Below are positions 50,135-60,614 of a stretch of 64,000 nucleotides of DNA, one piece after another. A program made the translations under genes and the position numbers. The notes under the pieces are model-generated. The model was not told where the DNA came from. It saw only the letters and a list, made by a program, of their open reading frames with translations, and made no database searches. How positions within the stretch are numbered: the first letter of the stretch is position 1; each line of letters starts with the position of its first letter. Origin of the DNA: Octopus vulgaris (lineage: Eukaryota); the NCBI GenBank assembly GCA_951406725.2, contig OX597823.1, forward strand, positions 80,786,001 to 80,850,000. Direction: 5' to 3'.

Positions 50135-52448
50135 GTGTATATGTTTGTGTGTCTGTGTTTGTCCCCCCTGACATCGCTTGACAACCGATGCTGGTGTGTT
50201 TACATCCCCATAACTTAGCGGTTCAGCATAAGAGACCGATAGAATAAGTACTAGGCTTACAAAGTATAAGTCCTGGGGTCGATTTGCTCGACTAAAGGCG
50301 ATGCTCCAGCATGGCCACAGTCAAATGACTGAAACACGTAAAAGAGTAAGTGTGTGTGTGTTTATTGGGCAAAAAAATGAAATATTACTGTCCCGAAATA
50401 CAACATCCGTTTCAACATACAGTTTCATATCAGAAATCTTTCAAAACGAATTCATATAGTGTTTCCATTTAATTGTTTATTTCTATAATTTATTTCAGGT
50501 TTTGCCTATTCACAAGGTATAACGGAATCAATTCTTGGAATTCTTATGGCTTGTGGAGCTATTATTGGAATTATGTCAACATTTGTTTACCCAAGAATCA
50601 GAAACAAAATTGGTTTGTCGAGAACTGGTCTCATAAGTTTTTCACTGGAAATTTTTTGCTTGACACTTTGTTTAATGTCAATTATCGCTCCAGGAAACCC
50701 TTATAAATTTATGACATACCCTCATTTGATAGAAAAAACCACTGCATCACAAAATAATGCTTCGATGGCCATCTATAACGTCACCAGCACCACCAGCAGC
50801 GAATTTTCAACTCAGTCAAATATAACATCAACAACTGTTGCCCCTGAAAATGTTAAAAAGCTATCATCGTACATTTCCATTGCTTTATTAATGGGTGGAA
50901 TCATCACTGCTCGATTTGGTAAGTTGATTACATTAGTCTTTGTCATAGTTTTTCATCTAGCATCACACTAGTGATGGATCTAAATATTTATAGATTATAT
51001 AGGCACAAATGTGGCTATGTGGTAAGAAGCCTCATTCCCAACTTCATGGTTCCAGGTTCAATCCTTCTCTGTGGCACCTTGGACAAGTGTCTTCTACTAC
51101 AGCCTTGGACTGACCAAAACCTCCTGAGTGGGTTTGGTTGAAGGAAACTGAAAGAAACTTGCCACATGTGTGTGTGTGTGTCTGTGTATGTGACACACAC
51201 ACATCACGTATATATTCCTGGATATGAATATGCTTTCCTTTATTTTATTTGTTTCAGTCATTTGACTGTGGCTATGCTGGAGCACCACCTTTAGTCAAAC
51301 AAATCAACCCCAGGACTTATTCTTTGTAAACCTAGTACTTATTCTATCAGTTTCTTTTGCTGAACTGCTAAGTTATGGGGACATAAACACACCTACATTG
51401 GTTGTCAAGTGATGGTGGTGGAACAAACACAGACACAGAAACAGTTACATATACATATATACGACGGGCTTCTTTCAGTTTCCATCTACCAAATCCACTC
51501 ACAAGGCTTTGGTTGTCTTGAGGCTATAGAAGAAGACACTTGCTCAAGGTGCCATGCAGGGGGACTGAACCTGGAGCCATGTGGTTGGTAAGCAAGCTAC
51601 TTACCTCACATCCACTCTTGTGCCTATGTATAAATTCATATATATATATATATATCATCATCATCATCATCGTTTAACATCCGCCTTCCATACTGGCATG
51701 GGTAGGACGGTTTGACTAAGGACTGGCGAGCCAGATGGCTGCACCAGGCTCCAATCTGATCTGGCAGAGCTTCTACAGCTGGATGCCCTTCCTAATGCCA
51801 ACCACTCTTAGAGTGTAGTGGGTGCTTTTACGTGCCACTGGCATGGGGGCCAGTTATGCGGTACTGGCTATGGCCATGCTCAAATGCAGTTTTTTAAGTG
51901 CCACCTACACAGGAACCAGTTCAGTGGCACTGGCTCCTCACTTGAATGTTGTTCATATGCCACCGGCACAAGTGCCAGTAAGAGATGCATTCAGTAACAG
52001 TTCTTTAAAGTAAAGACTATTTGCCAACATAATGTGGCAGTCCTGGAAGGGACGATTGTTACTGTTGTTTAGCCTCAGGAAATATCATTTCCAGCTGGCT
52101 ATACCATGCAATATTTGTGTCCTTATATTTTGTTTTTTAATATTTATTATCTTTATCTTTCCAGGTTTATGGTCTGCAGATTTGACAGTAACTCAGCTTT
52201 TTATGGAAAATGTAGATGAATCTGAACGTGGAGTTGTGAACGGTGTTCAAAATTCTTTGAATATGCTTATGGATATGTTAAAATTTTTATTGGTTATTTT
52301 GATATCAGAAACGTCTGACTTCTACATTTTAATCATTATCTCTTATATGTTCATTTGCTTTGGCGGTATGAGCTTTGCAAGATACTCTTACCGTGCTCGT
52401 GGGCATTTATTTCATTTTGACAAAGTATGTGCATGCTCTAAACAGTAA
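29902..52448 (+). CDS. SLC40A1: Ferroportin (SLC40A1) iron exporter, 8 coding exons, ~617 aa
   Basis: Exons 29902-30031, 35362-35429, 37410-37569, 41965-42207, 44592-44819, 47201-47521, 50499-50918 and 52165-52448 join in frame (1854 nt). Family motifs present: SHALSCW-GDRMW, GAIVGNWVD, DWIV, RRID, LGFD, ARFGLWSADL, ERGVVNGVQNSLN. Confidence 0.93.
31710..32255 (+). mobile_element. ~550-bp interspersed retroposon with (AAT)n tail
   Basis: An inverted copy of the same sequence lies at 53843-54396. Confidence 0.75.
33235..33749. mobile_element. pogo/Tigger-type MITE
   Basis: Ends taccgtaaatcatcaagtataatctgc and gcagactatactcgagggtttacggta with TA termini; internal repeated gtattatacacaaggtt. 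Confidence 0.75.
33862..34258 (+). mobile_element. Non-autonomous Helitron
   Basis: Starts TC after an A and ends CTAG before a T, with subterminal hairpin cccg-agcaacgc-cggg and no TSD. Confidence 0.72.
35362..35429 (+). CDS. SLC40A1: Ferroportin exon 2
   Basis: Bounded by ttttcag| and |gtaagt. Encodes (R)NLKNYFTSLSFLVYSSHALSCW, similar to vertebrate 'YLTSAKFLLYLGHSLSTW'. Confidence 0.9.
35578..36077. mobile_element. hAT-type MITE containing a nested SINE (35660-35910)
   Basis: TIR-like ends cagtggttcccaac and gttgagaaacacta. A related inverted end lies at 43674-43815. Confidence 0.65.
36902..37122. mobile_element. piggyBac-type MITE
   Basis: TTAA-CCCTTTCATTAC at one end and GTAACGAAAGGG-TTAA at the other. 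Confidence 0.88.
37410..37569 (+). CDS. SLC40A1: Ferroportin exon 3
   Basis: Bounded by atccag| and |gtaagt. Encodes GDRMWSFSVGLFLIEIAPENLRLTATYGLLSGIMIFFMGAIVGNWVDKTERLK. Confidence 0.93.
37757..38095. repeat. Minisatellite, 34-bp unit, ~10 copies
   Basis: Unit tataactgttttcttggtgacaaagtgagactta, repeated with no spacers. Confidence 0.92.
40410..40928 (+). mobile_element. (GAT)n-tailed SINE with internal tandem sub-repeats, representative copy
   Basis: Core cactacactctcggagtggttggcgttaggaagggcatccagc...ccatgctagcatggaaagc followed by (gat)n. Other copies near 2190-2430, 4195-4700, 4975-5200, 8988-9400, 42375-42915, 47985-48290, 51655-51980, 54990-55195 and 56845-57147. Confidence 0.85.
40977..41221. 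repeat. Imperfect ~245-bp palindrome (old foldback/MITE)
   Basis: gggaaaacatggccagcaaac..gaatcaaactctgtactt pairs with aagtacagagtttgattc..gtttactggccatgttttccc. Confidence 0.75.
41965..42207 (+). CDS. SLC40A1: Ferroportin exon 4
   Basis: Bounded by ttacag| and |gtgagt. Encodes VKISLFIQNSSVIACA...LASLAGNISVRNDWIVEISERDPTKLA. Confidence 0.93.
43817..44165. repeat. Minisatellite, 21-bp unit, ~16 copies
   Basis: Unit atcactgatctaga(t/c)ggactg. Confidence 0.93.
44592..44819 (+). CDS. SLC40A1: Ferroportin exon 5
   Basis: Bounded by atttag| and g|gtaata. Encodes MTAALRRIDLAVKLLSPVLAGQLM...WNFISVFIEYFLLYKVFQAVPTLATK. Confidence 0.92.
44920..45824 (-). mobile_element. Mariner-family transposon remnant (pseudogenised transposase)
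   Basis: KWAAEFRRERESLEYD..SGCP, ILHNELGVMKVS and SAGKVMAS.F.DVKGIVFI..L....TINGEFYA.LL.QL, with frameshifts. Confidence 0.85.
46918..47064. repeat. Minisatellite, 30-bp unit, ~5 copies
   Basis: Unit gtactgagtgcgcgataggtgaactgtgaa. Confidence 0.85.
47201..47521 (+). CDS. SLC40A1: Ferroportin exon 6 (5' boundary uncertain)
   Basis: Acidic cytoplasmic loop followed by GWSIYLKYDVAPAGFGLALVYMTALGFDNITV; donor g|gtaaga. The pyrimidine tract ends in ccGG rather than cAG at 47199-47200; an alternative in-frame AG lies at 47232-47233. Confidence 0.82.
49445..49695 (+). mobile_element. 5'-truncated copy 4 of the tRNA/hammerhead element, nested in another SINE
   Basis: Flanked by the near-direct repeats ttacaaaaaataa and ttacaaagaataa. 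Begins with an inverted piece of the family 3' end (ttctatatttaa). Hammerhead AACAC-CTGATGA-A-GGCTG..CAGCC-GAAA-CA-TT-GTGTT at 49599-49644. Confidence 0.78.
50499..50918 (+). CDS. SLC40A1: Ferroportin exon 7
   Basis: Bounded by tttcag| and g|gtaagt. Encodes GFAYSQGITESILGILMACGAIIGIMST...GLSRTGLIS...ISIALLMGGIITARF. Confidence 0.93.
52165..52448 (+). CDS. SLC40A1: Ferroportin exon 8 (stop-containing)
   Basis: Acceptor ttccag|. Encodes GLWSADLTVTQLFMENVDESERGVVNGVQNSLNMLMDMLKF...GHLFHFDKVCACSKQ then TAA. Confidence 0.9.
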
Positions 52449-52507
52449 TAGCAGCAAAAGTTATTTATTATTAATATCACTATCATTATTATTATTATCA
52501 TTATTAA

Positions 52508-53624
52508 CCCTTTCGTTACCAAACCGCCCAAAGCTGCCCGAAAAATATTTTGGTTAATGTGACCAAACCGCCCAAAGCCGACCGAATTTACCTATTCATA
52601 TTTAAATGAGAATATCAGAGCAAATCTCTTTAGTACATTCGTGAAAACATGTGATTATACTTCGTAAACAGTTAATCTACAGTTTTGTACAACGATCGAC
52701 GTGTAATTTTAATTCCCTGAATTTTTGGAGATTTTTTTCCACATTTTTTTCGGCATCGATTTTTCTTCAACTTTGAAAATGGATAGGAGTTTCATGTTAT
52801 CAAGCATTGATTCCGAATTGGAAAATTTGTGAAACAAATACTGGGTACTGTTGTGGATTCAGTTTTTATACAGGGAAACTAATGTTAGTCAGCATGGCTT
52901 AGGGTATGATGTGGTCTGGAAGTTATTGTTTGAAGCGATCAATGTGGAAACAAACTTAAACAGAATGTAAATAAACGCAAAATGGGGGTTCAAATTTTGG
53001 AAAATTTGTGAAGCAAATACTGGGTACTGCGTGGATTTAGTTTTTATACAGGGAAAATAATGTTAGTCAGCATGGCCTAGGGAACGATGTAGTCTGGAAT
53101 TTATCACTTCCATACCATAACCAGGGCCGTATATTATTTTTTGACCGATTTCTTTAGTTCGGTCAAACTTAAGGTGGATTCAAGTATTTCACTTTATTCC
53201 ACCTTTATGGTACACCTGTTGTGCATTAAATTCAACTGATGATATAGTGATGTGCACAATTCTTCTTTATCACAATTTTGTTGCATACCCATTTGAATAT
53301 TAGCTGATGATTCATTTTCTATGGTGATGTTTAAGCAAAATTTTAATATTTTTACCTTTTGCTCAATTTAAAATTTTAATATTTTTACCTTTTGCTCAAT
53401 TTACCTGGAGTTACCTGTAATTAAAGTCACTTTGAGACTAAAGTTATGCAATAGAATTGATTAAGAACCCTTTCTTTAATTATGTTCCAAATATCACATT
53501 AATATGTTGATAAGTAAAAAAGTTACAGTTATTTAATGAAACAAGCCTAGATTCATGATTATTTTAGAATTTAATTGAAACTCATGAGGGGTGTATTGTG
53601 GTCAGAAATATAGTAACGAAAGGG
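52508..53624 (+). mobile_element. Internally deleted piggyBac element
   Basis: TTAA-CCCTTTCGTTAC and GTAACGAAAGGG-TTAA ends. Transposase relics KWGFKFWKICEANTGYC and HGLGNDVVWNLSLPYHNQGRILFFDRF. Internal duplication of about 105 bp. Confidence 0.88.
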
Positions 53625-53797
53625 TTAAGGTGGCAAGCTGGCAGAATCATAAGCATTCTGGTTCAAATTCCGCTGAGGTCGACTTTGCCTTTCATCCTTT
53701 TAGGGCTGATAAAATAAATACCAGTTGATCACTGGGATTGATGAAGTTGGCTTACTCCTTCCCACCAAACTGCCGGCTTTGTGCCAAAATTTGAAAC

Positions 53798-53842
<45 letters not shown>

Positions 53843-53843
<1 letters not shown>

Positions 53844-54396
53844 GAGTGAGAGAGCAGTTCATGCCATCAAAGTGACACTGGGGTAAAATATACGAAGCCC
53901 AATATACCCATCATGACTACCCGTCTGATAAAGGTACACCAGGCACATGCATCACAACCATATGTGCGCGACATGGTGATCTCATATCAAGATAAACAGC
54001 ACATGACCTTGCAGGTGGGGCCCAGTTAGAATTTTCTTCAGGTTGAGTAGCCCATCCTGCTCAAAAGGTCCCTGAATAAGGGTTGCTTTAGGATGTTGAA
54101 CGAAACACCTATGTTTCCAGAGGTGAATTATTCAAACCCCAAAGAATCCCTCTCAACACATGGCCATGATGCTCCCCCACTACTTCTGCTCGTGATCAGA
54201 GATGCACATATCGTTAGCCACTAAGGGACATGCTCAACTGGTTAAGGCCAAACAACTGACAAGCAAATCTGTGGTATTGAGCAGAATATTTGCTGTAGCC
54301 CATCTTTTATACCAAGACAAAACAATGTACATGATAACACTTCCAATCAGTTAAGATCAGAAGCCATGAGAGCCACTGCCTGGTACTGCATCAGGA
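53843..54396 (-). mobile_element. ~550-bp interspersed retroposon with (AAT)n tail, second copy
   Basis: Reverse complement of 31710-32255, embedded in (TTA)n. Confidence 0.75.
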
Positions 54397-54397
54397 C

Positions 54398-54445
<48 letters not shown>

Positions 54446-57400
54446 GGCAGTGAACTGGCAGAATCGTTAGCTTACTAGGCAAATTGCTTTGAGATATTTC
54501 ATGCCTATATGTTCTGAGTTCAAATTCCACCGAGGTTGGCTTTGCCTTTCATCCTTTTGAGGTTGATAAAATAAGTACCAATTGAATACTGGGGTCAATG
54601 TAGTCGACTTCTCTCTCTCCCCCCCCCCGAAATTTCAAGCCATGTGCCTGCCTATCGAGGTGGGAAGTGAATTTTATCTTGTTAGGTGAGTTATTAATTA
54701 ATATTGATATCTCATCTGCGTATTTTTGCTTCAAACCCTGATTAAAATTGTAGCCATAATCACTGTTTTGGAGAAATTAGCTTCAAAGAAATATTGCACA
54801 ATGATTTATTAGAAGCTGTGTAATATTTGTGAGACATAAACTGGTGCAGTGCAGGGACTAAAACAGATTGTGGTGAATATAAAGGTAAACTTTAAGTAAT
54901 ATTTTAATGGAGGAACTTAGCGGAGATAAAACTATAAGTAATTATTTCTACAACAACAACAACAACATCACTACCACCACCACCATTGTTTAGCGTCCGC
55001 TTTCCATGCTAGCATGGGTTGGATGATTTGACTGAGGATTGGCGAACCAGATGGCTGCACTAGGCTCCAATCTTGATCTGGCAGAGTTTCTACAGCTGGC
55101 TGCCCTTCCTAACGCCAACCACTCTGAGAATGTAGTGGGTGCTTTTACATGCCACCGGCATAAGTGCCAGTCAGGTGGTACTGGCAATGGCCATGACCAT
55201 TTCTATAATATATACAAAGTTTTATATCCTTGTATGTTGGATATATAATGTAATATAATGAAGCAGGAGGGAAAGAGAGTATTTCCTTGACACGATACGA
55301 TTACTATTACATGAGACTCAACGCTTTATATCAATGGCTCACAGTGAACTACCAGTTAACCTGAACTGCCAATCGCTCACAGTTCTTTGATTTATAACAA
55401 TGAGTCAATCCACCTTTAGTCACTTGAGTAGGAAGTTGGAATCCTTCCACAACACAAGGTCTGAAATTTGGTGGGAGAGACCTAAGTCAGTTACATTGAC
55501 CCAAGTGCTGTAACTGGTACATATTTTATCACCCACCACCACCACCACAAAAAAAAAAAATGGGAGAAAGTTAGCTCCAGCAGAATTTGAACTCGGAACT
55601 TAAAGAGACAGATGAAATGCTCTTAAACGTTTTATGTTTTTCCAGTGTGCTAATGAATCCCTCAGCTTGCCACACCGATAAAGTTATAAATAATAGCACA
55701 TACATATTGGGTTAACCCCTACCTGCCAACTATTTTCCATCCAAGTGTTTTTTTAAATCAATTTTCTACATGCTAATTAATGTGGCAAACTGGCAGATTC
55801 GTTACCATGCCAAGCAAAATTTTTGTGGCATTTTGTCTATCTCTAAGTTCTGTGTTCAAATTCCACTGAGGTCGACTTTGCCTTTCATCCTTTCAGGGTC
55901 AATAAAATAAGTACCAGTTGAGCAATGGGGTCAATGTAATCAACTTATACCCGCCCCTAAAATTGCTGGCCTTGTGCCAAAATTTGAAACCAATATTCTG
56001 TATGCTATTATTTATAGCTCTATCCATCATTAAAATGATTTATTTCATATTTTTTAAAGAAGATAAGAAAAAATTCTTATATTATAAATCTTATTTTTTA
56101 AAAATAAAATAATGGCTGTGTATATCAATGCCATATAAATGTAAATAAGTTGATAAACAGAGTGATAATAGGTTGTAAATAGATTGACAAAAATTTTGTA
56201 AAAGATGGGAAATACTAAAATATGTGTAGTGGCCTTCTCACTCTCTTTCCTCAGTTCAAAACTTTCCAAGCTCAACTTTGGTAGTTATGACTCTGGGTTC
56301 AATAATGCCATAAAGTCATTTGATTCTCTCATTCATATTCATTACAGCCAAATTGTAGTCTTGTTTAAGTTTAAGGAATCATTGTTTAACATACTCATTT
56401 TCTTATATCATCTATCCATCCATCTATTAGAAACCACAGTGCCTTGCTACAGGGATTCAATTCTCTGCAGATTTAATCTACCCCAATTTTTGTTCAATGA
56501 TCTCTTGAAATTGTTTGACTTAATGTCCTTAATACATCAGGAAAAAAATAGTACAATTCATAATTCCTTAGTTTCTGGTCCAAATAATAATTGTGTTGTA
56601 TATTGTCATAAGTGGAGGTGCGTGGCTTAGTGGTTAGGGTGTCAGCACCATGATCGTAAGATTGTGGTTTCGATTCCTGGACTGGGCAATGCATTGTATA
56701 TTTGAGCAAAACACTTCATTTCACATTGCTCCAGTCCACTCAGCTGGCGTCCCATCCAGCTGGGGAACACATACGCCATAGAAACCGGGAAACTGGGCCC
56801 ATGAGCCTGGCTAGGCTTTAAAAGGGTGAATTTATTTTATTTTTCATCATCATCATCGTTTAGCGTCTGCTTTCCATGCTAGCATGGGTTGGACGGTTCA
56901 ACTGGGGTCGGGAAGCCAGAAGGCTGCACCAGGTCCAGTTTAATCTGGCAATGTTTCTACGGCTGGATGCCCTTCCTAACACCAACCACTCCATGAGTGT
57001 AGTGGGTGCTTTTTACGTGCCACCGGCACAGGTGCCAGAAGAGTCTGGCAAACGGCCACGATCGAATGGTGCTTTTTATGTGCCACCGGCACGGGGGCCA
57101 GGCGAGGCTGGCAATGGCCACGAATGGATGGTGCTTTTTACGTGCCAACTATATTTTTTAAGGTTTTGTCAAAAGAATTTTTTTTTGTATGTGGCCAGTA
57201 CTTATTTTATGAATACAACAGAGAACAAGCACAAAATAGAGGCTAACAGCACCTAAACCCTTGACTTTTTCTTGATGAATATGGTATTTTCTGGCACACA
57301 AGTTAATGTAGTATACAGTGTAAACATGTGTAAGCATTCAAATACCTTTCCAAAATCCTGCTGCATTTCACATGGAATTTTTGGTCCTCCAAAGTCATCT

Positions 57401-57835
57401 TGGTGTATAAGTCAAACTTACATTCTTTGGCTGTAAATTTTGGTTTGCAAAAAGGTGGCGAGCTGGCAGAAACGTTTGCACACCGAGTGAAATGCTGAGC
57501 GGTATTTTGTCCGCCGTTATGTTCTGAGTTCAAATTCCACTGAGGTCGACTTTGCATTTCATCCTTTTGGGGTCAATAAATTAAGTACAAGTTACGCACT
57601 GGGGTCAATGTAATCGACTTAATACCTATGTCTGTTCTTGTTTGTCCCCTCTGTGTTTAGCCCTTTGTGGGCAATAAAGAAATAAAAAAAAATTTGGTTT
57701 GCAGAATTTGACTTGTATGCCAGAAAATATGGTAAATACTTCAATGCATTTAGGCAGGAACTTTACTCTTTTTTATGTTACTATCAGTATCTGATTTTTT
57801 ACCTCTTGACAAATTCCATCCAAAATATCACTTAA

Positions 57836-58056
57836 CCCTTTCATTACCAAATCGGCTGAAACCGGCTCTGGCTCTGTAGTACAAATGTCTTAGTTTCAAA
57901 AGTTCTGAATTAAAATCTTCCACCAAATCTTTGTCACAATTTATGTTCCTAACACTGGCTGAATGATAACGAAGTTATTTTACTAAATTCTTTGTTATAT
58001 TTAAAGAAATTGAAAGAAACACAGAGCATCTCAAAATAAATATGGTAACGAAAGCG
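57836..58056. mobile_element. piggyBac-type MITE, second copy
   Basis: Same family as 36902-37122, with TTAA flanks. Confidence 0.88.
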
Positions 58057-60575
58057 TTAATCAAAACAAAATGCCTTAATCCTCATCAACAATCATTAGT
58101 CAACTGATTCATACATAACATCACTCTGCATCTATCTAGTCTTCATCACTCTTCATTACTTTGAATGACTTTCTATTGTGAAATTATAATTCCTAGTTTC
58201 AATTTCTAAAATATAAAACTAAATTAACTCAGTGACGAACTAGTTTCTTCTTGTTTTTATGTTTTGGTTTTTAAATTCTAATTGTAAATTAATTTTTGTG
58301 TCTTCCATAGTTTTTGAATTAAATTAATATATTTTTCATACTTCTCCATTTTGTGTTTTTGTTGTTTCTTGTTTTGAATATAAAATAAAAAGTTATTGAG
58401 AAGGTTTAAAGGTTAATGCTTATACTATTTACTATTTTACTTGTTTCAGTCATTTGACTGCGGCCATGCTGGAGCACCGCCTTTAGTCGAGCTAATCAAC
58501 CCCAGGACTTATTCTTTGGGATACTAGTATTTATTCTATCAGTCTATTTTGCCAAACCGCTAAGTTACGGGGACATAAACACACCAGCATCGGTTGTCAA
58601 GTGATGTTGTAGGGACAAACATACACACACACACACATATATATATAGATATATACAATGGGCTTTTTTGAGTTTCCATCTACCAAATCCACTCACAAGT
58701 CTTTGGTTGGCCTGAGGCTATAGTAGAAGACACTTGCCCAAGGTGCCACGCAGTGGGACTGAACCCGGAACCATGTGGTTGGTAAGCAAGCCACTTACCA
58801 CACAGCCCTTTACAAAAACAAAACCTTTCAGCCTAAAATGTTCACTTTCTGTGTATAAAACTGTAAACATGCTGGTTTATTATGTCATTATCATCATCAT
58901 CATGTCACCACCACCACCACCACCATCATCACCATCATATCACCACAATTACTAATACTACCACCACTACCACCACCATCACCACAATTACTAATAACAC
59001 CACCACCGCCATCACCACAATTATTAATACCACCACTACCACCACCGTCATCACTACCATCATTTTCATTAACCTCATCATCATCAGCTTCATATCTAAT
59101 TTTCCATGCAGGAATAATTGAGTGAGAGCCTACTCACTGTATTTCATTATGTTATGGCTGTTTTTATCCCTCACAGAGGAAAACAAATTTCAAATTACAT
59201 TTCCTTTGTGTTCCACGTCATTGACTGTTGTACTCTTTTGGTTCCTTACTAGTTTCAGTTGTTGGACTGTAGCTATGCTAAACCACTGCCTTCAAAGATT
59301 ATAGTTGTTCATATCAACCCTGTATCAAACTCTATTTGTCAAACTGCTAAGTGGTACTTTGGGCAAGTGTTTGATATAGCCTTAGCTGACAAAAGCCTTG
59401 TTGAGTGGATTTAGTGAATAGAAACTGAATTAAGGTGGTGAGCTGGCAGAAAAGTTAGCACGCCGGGCAAAGTGCTTAGCGGTATTTCGTCTGCCGTTAT
59501 GTTCTGAGTTCAAATTCCGCCGAGGTTGACCTTGCCTTTCATCCTTTCGGGGTCGATTAAATAAATACCAGTTACACACCCGGATTGATACAATCGACTT
59601 AATTCATTTGTCTGTCCTTGTTTGACCTCTCTGTGTTTAGCCCCTTGTGGGTAGTAAAGAAATAGGTATTTTGTCTGCCGTTACGTTCTGAGTTCAAATT
59701 CCACCGAGATCGAATTTACCTTTCATCCTTTTGGGGGTCGATAAATTAAGTACCAGTTACACTCTGGGGTCGATGTAATCGACTTAATCCCTTTGTCCTT
59801 GTTTGTCCCCTCTGTGTTTAGCCCCTTCATCATCATCATCATCATCGTTTAACGTCCGCTTTCCATGCTAGCATGGTTTGGACGATTTTGACTGAGGGCT
59901 GGCGAATCAGATGGCTGCACCAGGCTCCAGGGCAATAAAGAAATAAGAAACTGAAAGAAGCCCTTTGTAAAGACATACATATGTATACCCCAAAAAGACA
60001 TGGGATGAGGTAGTGAAATATGATCTTCAAATGTTGGGCCTAACGAAGGTGATGACAAGTGATTGAGACCTTTGATGATATGCTGTTCGTGAGAAGACTC
60101 ATCAAGCCAAGTGAAATCATAGCTGTGGCTGTCACCTGTGACATGTGAATGGCACTCGTGAAATCATAATTGTGGTCACTGCCAGTGTCATGTAAATAGC
60201 ACCTATTGCTCTCTCGAAGTGGTTGGCATTAGGAAGGGCATCCATCTATAGAAATCAGACTGGAGCCTGGTTCAACCCTCCAGCTTACCAGTTCCAAAAC
60301 CGGGTGGATAATCTATAAAACATGTACATCCATACATTACATGTACACATCTTTACGGTCACACACACATCCAATGTCAGCATGGAAAACGGAGTTTAAA
60401 TAATGATCCATACAGACAGACATGCATACATACACAGTAACACATCCATACAGTTACACATACACATCCTCATGTATACACAAACGTGTGTATCTATCTA
60501 TCTATCTATCTATATACATACACACACACATATATATATACATACATACATACATATACATACATACATACATAT

Positions 60576-60614
<39 letters not shown>

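Noticed and set aside
58882-59121. His/Thr-rich ORF
   Set aside because: Low-complexity (CAC/CAT/ACT)n tract.
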